Positions 54,776 through 62,373 of a stretch of 64,000 nucleotides of DNA are shown here, one piece after another. The notes beneath the pieces are model-generated. The model saw nothing but the letters and a program-made list of their open reading frames with translations, searched no databases and was not told the origin of the DNA. The number at the start of each line of letters is the position of its first letter. Position 1 is the stretch's first letter. Source of the DNA: Myxococcota bacterium (GTDB lineage: Bacteria; Myxococcota_A; UBA796; CAJQPC01); the NCBI GenBank assembly GCA_036229005.1, contig JAZAMN010000024.1, positions 224,001-288,000 of the forward strand, read 5' to 3'. The translations under genes and the position numbers were made by a program.

Positions 54776-56550
54776 GCGAGCTGCCTGCCGAGCCTTCGGT
54801 CGAGACCACTGCCGCTGGTGAGGAGGGGCTTGGGTCCCCTTCAGAGCGCCCGCCCCAACCGCCCTGGCTCAAGTGGCTCTCACGCGCAGCCGGCCTGGGA
54901 ATCGACCTCCTGGCCATCTCCCTGGTGCTGTGGCTGCGCTTGCTGGTCTGGCCCCGGGGCCTGCCCGAGGACACACTGGCCCAGCTCCCCGACGCGGACT
55001 CCCCGCTGTGGGCCTGGGTGGGCAGCGGGGACTTCATGCTCTTCGGGCCCGACGCCGGCCAGTGGGCCGAGAGCGCGCAGAACTGGCTGAGCGGGGCCCG
55101 CCTGGATCCCCACCGCATGCCCGTCTACACCGCGCTCACGGCCTGGCTGTCCCCCGGCGGCGAGGTCATCGTGGGGGGCCACCTGGTCAACCACCTGGCG
55201 GGTCTGCTCACCGCGGTGCTGGTCTACGTGGCGGGCTCGCTGAGCTCCGGGCGCGGGGTGGGGCTGGGCGCTGCGCTCTGGGTGGCCGCGCTGCCGGCCC
55301 TGATCTCCTCGCAGATGGTCTATGGCGTCGACCCGAGCTTTGCGCTGATGTTCATGTTGGCGGTGAGCGCGACGGTGGCGACCGCCCGGTGGTGGTTCCT
55401 CTTCCCCTTGGCGGGCATCGCGTCGGGGCTGCTGGCCGGCACGCACTACCTGGGGCTGGCCTTCCCGGTGGTGTTCGCGCTCTTCGCCGCCACGACGGAG
55501 GGCCGCTGGTGGGCCAAGCTGCTGGCCTTCGTGGGCACCCTGACGATCGCCGCGGGCGTGCTGCACTGGCTGCTCTCGGTGTTCCCGGGCTTCGGCATCG
55601 GCGACATCGTGGGCACCTACCAGGAGGGCATCTCCAACCCCACGGGCGGCGCGGACCAGGTGACCGAGCCCCTGCGGGAGCGCCTGATCACGGCCCCCCG
55701 GCTGGCGGTGCAGCGCGGCTTGATGCCCCTGCTCCAGACCGACCTGCCGTGGACGCTGCTGGTGGTCCTGATGTGGGTGGGGGTGGTGGGCTTCCAACTC
55801 CCTGGCCGCAAGGACAAGCCCTGGGACTGGCGCATGGGCCTGGGCCTGCTGATCCTGTGCGGGCCGCTGATGCTCCTGGAGGCCACCCGCGCGCCCGAGC
55901 GCTACCGCGACTTCCTGCGGCCCGTGGTGATCCTGCTGGTGATGCGCGGCGTCGGTGGGCTGGGCGCGGCGGCCGAGTGGGGGATCGGGCGCAAGCTCTG
56001 GCCGCAGCGTTGGCCGGCGATCCCCCGGGGCTGGCTGCCGGTCCTGCTCTGCGGCGGGGTCGGCTGGTTCGGGCTCAATGGGCTGATGGGCCACTGGCCA
56101 GGGCCCCAGGCGGGCGCGGCTCCCGGGGGCACCCATCAGCCGCACGGCCAGCACTCCCAGGGCGGTCCGGGCGCCTACGAGCAGGCCGTCGGTCAGGCGG
56201 TCAAGCGCCTGTTCCCGGAGGCGCCGAACCTGATGGTCACCCGCCAGGTGGTCGCCTTCCACTCCGGCATGGACGCCTGCCCGGCCAACCCCTGCGGGAA
56301 CCGCGCCGGGACCCTGCACTCCTGCCGCGTCAAGGTCGACATGCAGTGCAAGGGCGAGGTGATCCCGGTGGTGGTCGAGATCGTGGACGGGCAGGTCACC
56401 CCCGACGCGCTCAACGGCGTGTTCGATGAGTGGGTGTGGCAGAGCTTCGAGCCCATCGAGACCCTGGCGGACCCCGAGTCGGGCTCCAAGAGCCTGATCT
56501 ACGCCCTGCCCCGCGAAGAGATCAGGCCAGCACAGACCCAAGGCTTCTGA
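54772..56550 (+). CDS. GT-C-like polytopic membrane protein
   Basis: GTGA overlap; GPD..QW..SA, HRMPVY, VDP, ERY motifs; many TM plus a Cys-containing periplasmic tail. Confidence 0.65.
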   Translation: MSELPAEPSVETTAAGEEGLGSPSERPPQPPWLKWLSRAAGLGIDLLAISLVLWLRLLVWPRGLPEDTLAQLPDADSPLWAWVGSGDFMLFGPDAGQWAESAQNWLSGARLDPHRMPVYTALTAWLSPGGEVIVGGHLVNHLAGLLTAVLVYVAGSLSSGRGVGLGAALWVAALPALISSQMVYGVDPSFALMFMLAVSATVATARWWFLFPLAGIASGLLAGTHYLGLAFPVVFALFAATTEGRWWAKLLAFVGTLTIAAGVLHWLLSVFPGFGIGDIVGTYQEGISNPTGGADQVTEPLRERLITAPRLAVQRGLMPLLQTDLPWTLLVVLMWVGVVGFQLPGRKDKPWDWRMGLGLLILCGPLMLLEATRAPERYRDFLRPVVILLVMRGVGGLGAAAEWGIGRKLWPQRWPAIPRGWLPVLLCGGVGWFGLNGLMGHWPGPQAGAAPGGTHQPHGQHSQGGPGAYEQAVGQAVKRLFPEAPNLMVTRQVVAFHSGMDACPANPCGNRAGTLHSCRVKVDMQCKGEVIPVVVEIVDGQVTPDALNGVFDEWVWQSFEPIETLADPESGSKSLIYALPREEIRPAQTQGF

Positions 56551-57670
56551 GCCCCGCCGCCCCCGGGAACACGCGCTCGTCCGTGGGGGCGCCCAGGTGC
56601 TCGAGGGCCGCCTTGAAGAGGGCGCGCAGATCGGTGGTGGGGCGCAGGTCCCGGTCCTCGTGGAGCTGCGCGAGCCCCGGCCAGTCCCCGAGCACCACGC
56701 CGCCCGCCGCCGCCCCGCCCGCGTAGAGCGCCGCCGAGCCCGTGCCGTGGTCGCTCCCGGCGGTCCCGTTGCCCCGCACGGTGCGCCCGAACTCCGTGAC
56801 CGCCAGGACCAGCGTGTCCTCCCAGCGCGGGCCCAGGCCCTTCTTGAGGGCAGCGAGGCCGTCCGCGAGGCGCCCCAGGTTGGCGTCCAGGCGCCGCTGC
56901 TGGTTGTTGTGGGTGTCCCAGCCGCCCATCTGGACCACGGCCACCTGGGGACCGTCCGCCGGCGCCATGAGCCTGCCGAGCTGCCGCGCCAGCCCCGGGT
57001 TCAGGCCCAGGTCCTTGCGCGTGGTGCGGGCCATCGTCTGCCCGTCCTCGGCGAGCTCCATGCGCAGCGCGAGGCCCTGCGTGTAGGCCGGGCCCAGCAG
57101 CGCGTCCCGCTGGTAGAGCGTCTGCATCGCGCTCAGGAAGGCTGCGTCCGAGTGCATCTCCCGGCTCAGGTCCACCGAGTCCACCGGGGCCTCACCGCGC
57201 AGCACCAGCGGGAGCTGGTCCCCCACCGCCAGGGCGCTGCCTCCGCTGGCCAGCAGGGCCCGGTTCAGCCAGCCCGTGCGGCTCCCCTGGGGGCGCTCCG
57301 TGCCGTTCTCCAGCAGGTCCAGGGCGTCAAAGTGCGAGCGCCCGGTGTAGGGGAGGGCGATCGCGTGGACCAGGCCCAGCTCTCCGGTGGCGAACCACGG
57401 ATGGATCGGGGCCATCGCCGGGTGCAGGCCAAAGAAGCCGTCCAGCTCCAGCACGCCCTGGGGGTGCTCGGGGCCGTCCAGGGCCAGGTGACCTCGCCGG
57501 CGCCGATAGTCCGGATCCATGGTGGGCGCGCAGAGGGCCAGGCCGTCCAGCGCGCCGTTCAAGAGCACCAGGATCAGCCTCTTCTCCTGGGCCTGGGCGA
57601 AGGCCAGCCCGGGCAGGAGCGCGACGCCTGCGGCTGCGAGGCTCAGGGAGAGGAGCTGGCGGCGTCTCAT
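56522..57670 (-). CDS. DUF1501 family protein (Tat signal)
   Basis: MRRRQLL Tat motif; GALDGL, RSHFDA, GWLNR, GGWDTH, TEFGRT, GSDHG. Confidence 0.9.
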   Translation of the reverse strand: MRRRQLLSLSLAAAGVALLPGLAFAQAQEKRLILVLLNGALDGLALCAPTMDPDYRRRRGHLALDGPEHPQGVLELDGFFGLHPAMAPIHPWFATGELGLVHAIALPYTGRSHFDALDLLENGTERPQGSRTGWLNRALLASGGSALAVGDQLPLVLRGEAPVDSVDLSREMHSDAAFLSAMQTLYQRDALLGPAYTQGLALRMELAEDGQTMARTTRKDLGLNPGLARQLGRLMAPADGPQVAVVQMGGWDTHNNQQRRLDANLGRLADGLAALKKGLGPRWEDTLVLAVTEFGRTVRGNGTAGSDHGTGSAALYAGGAAAGGVVLGDWPGLAQLHEDRDLRPTTDLRALFKAALEHLGAPTDERVFPGAAGLRSLGSVLA

Positions 57671-58977
57671 GAGACCACTCCGGCCCGCCACTGGAACTCT
57701 GGGCTGCCCAACAACACCGACAGCTGATCCGCCGGCGAGGACAGGCTGAGCATCACCTTGCGCGTGCGCTCGGACAGGAAGGGCCCCAGCAGGCGCTCGG
57801 CGAGCTGGGGGACGCTGCGGTCCAGGGACACCTTGGCGGCCACCCGGCGGGCCAGGTCCACGCGCGCGACGACGGCGTCCGGTCCGGCCCAGTCCTCGGC
57901 GCGGTCCGACCACCCCTGGGGCGATGGCGCGGCGAATGGGAGCTGTCCCAGGGTGCGCCGGGCCTGGACGAGCAGCTCCCCGTCGCCCTCGTAGCCGACC
58001 CCCCGAGCGATGGCGCACACCAGGTCTGCGGGGGTGCGCAGCTTGCGCTGGCTGGGGTCCCAGGCGCTCTCCAGGTGGATCAGGGCGCGGTGCACGGTGG
58101 GAAGGTGGCCCTCGCTGTGCAGGAAGGTGTCGGCGATGGTCTGGACGTCCTCTTTGGTGGGGGCGTCGGAGACAAAGTGGCGCACCAGCTTCTCGGCAAT
58201 GTGGCGTGCGGTGGCCGGGTGATTCGCGAGCAGGTCCAGCGCCTCTTGGCCCTCCTCTTCGCCGCCGGTGCGGATGGTGGTGCCCAGGAGCTGCTTGTCG
58301 CCGGGCTGGTGGCGGCGCGGCTCGAAGTGGAAGGGATCCTGGCGCACGCCGGGCTCCAGCCCCCAGCCGGTGAGGATCTCGGCCAGCGCGCGCACGTCGT
58401 CCTGGTTGTAGCCGCCGTTGACCCCCAGGGTGTGCAGCTCCATGAGCTCGCGGGCCAGGTTCTCGTTCAGGCCGCGGCCGCGCTTGAGGCCGGCCTGGGA
58501 CTGGGGGCCGACGCTGCGCACCTGGTCCAGGTAGAGCAGCATGGCGGGGTGGTGGGTGACGGCGCCCAGCAGGCCGCGGAAGCTGCCGCCCAGGTAGGGG
58601 CGGATGGCCTGGCGCTCGTAGTTGCCGACCAGCCCCACGCAACGGATCTGGGTGATGGACACGGCGAAGTGGTTGGACCAGAAGCGCACCAGCCGCTCCT
58701 GGAAGGGGCTGCGCGTGGTGGCGGCGTAGCGCTCGCGCAGGGCGACCTCGTGGTCGTAGATGCTGCGGGAGATGTCGCGGCGCTCCTTGCCGGAGCGCTT
58801 GTCGGCGCGGTGCAGGCGCCAGGTCAGCGACTCGACGCGCTCCAGGCCCGCGGGGCCGGAGGTGGGGGAGAGTTGGGCCTCCAACCAGCCGCGGGGGTCG
58901 GTGGCGATGCGCGCGAGCTCGCCGGGGCGGGCGCCCAGGCCGAAGCGGTTGGCGGCGATGGCGGCGGCGGTGGACAT
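57667..58977 (-). CDS. DUF1800 family protein
   Basis: NRFGLGARPG, ERLVRFWSNHF, PAMLLYLD, NENLARELMELHTLG, SPEFQ. Confidence 0.92.
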   Translation of the reverse strand: MSTAAAIAANRFGLGARPGELARIATDPRGWLEAQLSPTSGPAGLERVESLTWRLHRADKRSGKERRDISRSIYDHEVALRERYAATTRSPFQERLVRFWSNHFAVSITQIRCVGLVGNYERQAIRPYLGGSFRGLLGAVTHHPAMLLYLDQVRSVGPQSQAGLKRGRGLNENLARELMELHTLGVNGGYNQDDVRALAEILTGWGLEPGVRQDPFHFEPRRHQPGDKQLLGTTIRTGGEEEGQEALDLLANHPATARHIAEKLVRHFVSDAPTKEDVQTIADTFLHSEGHLPTVHRALIHLESAWDPSQRKLRTPADLVCAIARGVGYEGDGELLVQARRTLGQLPFAAPSPQGWSDRAEDWAGPDAVVARVDLARRVAAKVSLDRSVPQLAERLLGPFLSERTRKVMLSLSSPADQLSVLLGSPEFQWRAGVVS

Positions 58978-59020
58978 GTGGCCTTGGGACGTGGCGGAGG
59001 CCAGAGTATTCGCCGGCGGC

Positions 59021-59341
59021 TCAGCCCTGAAGCGACAGCACCGCGTGGATCCGCCGCAGAAGGCGACCGCGGTAGCCCGGACTGGCCACCGAGGCGGCGA
59101 TGACGGCCACCCCCACGGGGCTGCTCAGGAGCAGGGGGAGGGACCAGCTCGCGTAGCCGCTGGCGCTCAGGCAGGCGGAGATGGCCGTGAAGATCAGCAG
59201 CCAGTAGAGGGCGAGGGGGCGGGGGATGCGCAGGACACGGAAGGCCACAACGTGCAGGCCAGCGACCGCGATCCACGGTCCGGGGCCCTGGGCGCCAGCG
59301 AGGACAACGCTGGTGAAGGCGAGCAGGGCGACGCGCAGCAT
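59021..59341 (-). CDS. Small hypothetical membrane protein (3-4 TM)
   Basis: GGAG SD, hydrophobic 106 aa ORF filling the gap; no recognised family. Confidence 0.45.
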   Translation of the reverse strand: MLRVALLAFTSVVLAGAQGPGPWIAVAGLHVVAFRVLRIPRPLALYWLLIFTAISACLSASGYASWSLPLLLSSPVGVAVIAASVASPGYRGRLLRRIHAVLSLQG

Positions 59342-59360
59342 GGCGCACTCCGGGCGGGGC

Positions 59361-59505
59361 GGTTCCGAGAGGGGAGAACCTGGTGCTCCGGCACGGTCTG
59401 CCGAGTTTTGGAGACAGTCGTCACGCCCGAGAGAAGCGTTTTCATCTCACCGAGGTCCCATGCTCCCCGGTGGATTCGCTGACTGTGCCGGAGCACCTGG
59501 TCTGC
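59361..59505 (-). ncRNA. Candidate sigma54-dependent sRNA or structured 5' leader
   Basis: 21-nt inverted repeat (59378-59398 / 59481-59501, 19/21 Watson-Crick) starting at the predicted sigma54 TSS; small hairpin 59361-59380. Confidence 0.5.
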
Positions 59506-59515
59506 TGGGAGGTGT

Positions 59516-59531
59516 TGCAGGACCCGTGCCA
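59516..59531 (-). promoter_or_regulatory. sigma54 (-24/-12) promoter
   Basis: Minus strand TGGCACG-GGTC-CTGCA versus consensus TGGCACG-N4-TTGCW. Confidence 0.7.
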
Positions 59532-59764
59532 GGCCGCAGAGGGCGAAAACAGGGGCAGCATGACCTCGCTTGCGACGGGGTGTCGGTGCGGGTGCGCGGG
59601 GGGCCCAGGGGCTGGACAGGGTGTCAGTCGTTGTGAAAAACAGACGGCTCTCTACTTCCTGTTGCAGGCCGCTCCGAGGGGATGGGGGTGCGACAATGCG
59701 CCCGCTGGTGCAACCAGGCGCATGCGGCGGTGTCTCTGCTCCACCTTGTGGATAGAGTGCTGCC

Positions 59765-60301
59765 ATGTCTGACGATGATGCCTTGATTGAAGCCGACGCA
59801 CCCAAGCCCCGCTCCGGAGGCTGGCTGCGCTACGTGAAGGACTGGGGTCTGTCGATCCTGGTCGCCCTGCTCGTGTACTGGGGGATCGGCTGGCTGCGCG
59901 CCCCGGACCTGCCGGACGAGGCGCCGGACTTTGCGCTGCAGACGCTGGAGGGGGAGACGGTGCGCCTGAGCGACTACCGCGGTCAGACCGTGGTGGTGAA
60001 CTTCTGGGCGACCTGGTGTGGGCCCTGCATGCAGGAGATCCCCACCTTCAACGAGTTCGCGGTGGAGAACCCGGACATCCCCATCCTGGGCATCGCCACG
60101 GACTCCAACCCGGCCAAGATCAAGGTCACCGCCAAGAAGAAGGACATGCAGTACCCGGTGCTGCTGGGCACCTCCGAGGTGCAGGCGCTCTACGGGGTGA
60201 CCACCCTGCCGACCACGGTGATCGTGGGCCCGGACGGTCAGGTCGAGGACGTGCACGTGGGCATCATGCTCAAGCCCCAGCTCGCCCTGGCGACACGCTG
60301 A
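59765..60301 (+). CDS. TlpA/ResA-like thiol-disulfide oxidoreductase
   Basis: N-terminal TM, APDFAL, VNFWATWCGPC, LPTT. Confidence 0.92.
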   Translation: MSDDDALIEADAPKPRSGGWLRYVKDWGLSILVALLVYWGIGWLRAPDLPDEAPDFALQTLEGETVRLSDYRGQTVVVNFWATWCGPCMQEIPTFNEFAVENPDIPILGIATDSNPAKIKVTAKKKDMQYPVLLGTSEVQALYGVTTLPTTVIVGPDGQVEDVHVGIMLKPQLALATR

Positions 60302-60388
60302 CGCGTCCATCTGGGGGGGGAGTTGCCCGACGCTCCTTGACCGTCCACGCCTGTTCGGCCTATTCCGGCGGGGTAGCGGAGGTGTGCT

Positions 60389-61156
60389 GTGAGTGAAGGG
60401 CTGTCCACGGGGGCCAAGGTCGCGATCGGAATCGGGGCGCTGTGTGTGCTCTGCTGTGGTGGCCCCGCCGCGGTGCTGGGGATCCAGGAAGCCACGATGA
60501 CCCCCGAGGAGAAGGCCGCTCGGGCCGCCGCCAAGGAGGCGGAGATCCAGGCGGGCAAGGACGTCGAGGCCGGGCTGATCAAGCTCGCGGGCATGCAGGC
60601 GGAGTTCGACCCCCTGACCTGGGACGACGACAAGGCCTGTGATGCCGCAGACCTGAGCGCGCGCAAGGGCGACGACCGGCTGCTGCTCACGGACTTCACC
60701 GAGCTGGAGGTGCTGGCCAAGCGGGCCGGCGGCGACGGGGACGCCAACGACGCGGCCTACTACTGGGAGTTCCGGCGCTCCGAGATGCCCGGGAACTTCA
60801 CCGGGGGCCTGGGCTATGGGCCGACGGACTACAGCTACCAGGAGCTGGGCGAGCACCCGCTGGTGGGGCTCTACGTGGACCTGGAGGTCTACGAGCCCGA
60901 GACCTACGACGACGAGAGCTTCGAGGGCGGGTACTACGACGGCTACCTGGTGGTCGTGGACGCGCGCACCCAGGAGCGGCTGTGCTGGCACCGCTTCGTG
61001 GCGGAGAACTCCGAGGTCGTGGAGTTCGAGGAGGGCTTCTCCGAGGACTACTCGATGAAGAAGGCCATCAACAAGGACTTCCAGAAGAACTTCAAGGCCG
61101 CCGTGAAGGCCCTGGACTTTGGGCCGGTCAAGGCGGTGATCGGCGTGTTCGGGTAG
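60389..61156 (+). CDS. Hypothetical membrane-anchored protein
   Basis: GGAGG SD; N-terminal TM ending LCCGG; acidic soluble domain. Confidence 0.7.
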   Translation: MSEGLSTGAKVAIGIGALCVLCCGGPAAVLGIQEATMTPEEKAARAAAKEAEIQAGKDVEAGLIKLAGMQAEFDPLTWDDDKACDAADLSARKGDDRLLLTDFTELEVLAKRAGGDGDANDAAYYWEFRRSEMPGNFTGGLGYGPTDYSYQELGEHPLVGLYVDLEVYEPETYDDESFEGGYYDGYLVVVDARTQERLCWHRFVAENSEVVEFEEGFSEDYSMKKAINKDFQKNFKAAVKALDFGPVKAVIGVFG

Positions 61157-61221
61157 CCGAATGCCCGAGCGGGTGCCGACGCTCGGCGGGAGGGTGTCCT
61201 CGCCGGCGCCGGGAGCTGGAC

Positions 61222-62355
61222 TCAGTCCTGGGGGGGCTGGAATCCAGGGAGGTTGATCGAGGGGGTCTGGGCGACCTCCCCGTTCTTCTCCATCCGCTGG
61301 ATGACCCCCTGCACGAGCAGAGGCCAGACCAGCGTGGCGTCGGCGTAGACCTCGGCGAAGCGGCCGCCCTCGGCGGGGGGGACGAACTTGCCCCAGGACA
61401 CGCCCTCGCTGTAGGTGCAGCCGCTCAGGCCGCCCCAGTGGGTGGGCTCCGGGCAGATGCGCACGGCGTAGCGGAAGCGGTTGAGCTGCTCGTTGCGGCC
61501 CAGGGGCTTGTTCATGTAGTCCACAAAGGGGCTGGCCTGCTGGGCCCAGTTGCGGGGCACGCCGCCGCCGATGGTGAAGATGCCCAGGCGGTCGCTGTTG
61601 AGGACGAAGCGGGTGTAGTGCGCCAGATCCAGGAAGGGGTCGTACTTGGAGCGCAGCTTGCCCAGGCCGTCGGAGACGGAGGTCTCGCTGTCGCCGCGCA
61701 GCATCTGCTCCATGTAGAAGGTCGCCAGGTCCAGCCCGAACTCGGAGTCGGTGAGGGCGGGGATGAACACCGGGACGCCCTTGCGGTAGCAGGCGCTCAG
61801 GATGCCGCGGGTGCCGGGCGAGGCCAGGTACTTGCCGACCTGCTGGGTCAGGTGCCAGGAGCTGTAGACGTCCAGCTCGGCGTCGATGTGCTTGAAGATG
61901 CCGCGCAGCTTGGAGCCCAGGGAGTTCAGGGACTCTTCGAGCTCGTAGGTGTCGTAGACGCGGTTGTAGCCCTTGTCGAAGAGCTCGGCGTCGTTGAGGT
62001 CGGGGCGCGCCTTGTAGTGGGACATGCCCGCCAGCTCGACCATGCCGTGGGTCATCAGGGCGCCGGTGGACACGATGGCCTGCACCCAGCCGCGCTCGAC
62101 CATCTCGGTGATGACCAGGCCCATCTTGGCGACCGTCATGGCGCCGGAGAGGGTCATGACGACCCCGCAGCGGGGATCGGTGACCATGGCGTGGAGGGCC
62201 TCAGCGGCCTCGCCCAGGTTGCGCCCGCCGAACGCGGTGCTGCCCATGGCGGCCAGGAGCTGGTCGGCGTCGCCGATCTTGCCCAGGTCCAGGGTCTCCA
62301 GGGCCTCCAGCCCGCTGCCGTCTGCCAGCTCGCGCCGGGTGGTGTCCTTGCTCAT
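61222..62355 (-). CDS. Deoxyhypusine synthase-like protein (homospermidine biosynthesis, SpeY-like)
   Basis: SGAMT, STGA..HG, PALTDSE, GGGVPRNW, GGLSGCTYSEGVSWGK, DAT. Confidence 0.9.
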   Translation of the reverse strand: MSKDTTRRELADGSGLEALETLDLGKIGDADQLLAAMGSTAFGGRNLGEAAEALHAMVTDPRCGVVMTLSGAMTVAKMGLVITEMVERGWVQAIVSTGALMTHGMVELAGMSHYKARPDLNDAELFDKGYNRVYDTYELEESLNSLGSKLRGIFKHIDAELDVYSSWHLTQQVGKYLASPGTRGILSACYRKGVPVFIPALTDSEFGLDLATFYMEQMLRGDSETSVSDGLGKLRSKYDPFLDLAHYTRFVLNSDRLGIFTIGGGVPRNWAQQASPFVDYMNKPLGRNEQLNRFRYAVRICPEPTHWGGLSGCTYSEGVSWGKFVPPAEGGRFAEVYADATLVWPLLVQGVIQRMEKNGEVAQTPSINLPGFQPPQD

Positions 62356-62373
62356 TGTCCGCTCCGTCAGGGC

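Noticed and set aside
56522..56550. 29-bp overlap of convergent gene ends
   Set aside because: Common in compact high-GC genomes; no sign of a frameshift
59378..59501. Long hairpin as 6S RNA or retron msr-msd
   Set aside because: Shorter than typical 6S with no clear central bubble or zapA/ygfA context; no reverse transcriptase in the window
59521..59560. GCCAGG...GCAGC segment reminiscent of SRP RNA domain IV
   Set aside because: No GGAA tetraloop or symmetric helix; the segment is explained by the sigma54 promoter on the opposite strand
61157..61221. Small GC hairpins between convergent genes
   Set aside because: Short stems without a U-tract; not distinguishable from background
1805..62355. 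Polyamine pathway link among the saccharopine-DH-like, PuuB-like and DHS-like genes
   Set aside because: The genes are about 30 kb apart from each other and family-level calls do not specify substrates
35005..62355. Eukaryote-to-bacterium transfer island (Tgs1-like, TMTC-like, DHS-like, kinase, PP2C, Myb-like)
   Set aside because: Codon usage and GC look native, the genes are dispersed, there are no mobility genes, and most of these families are widespread in bacteria
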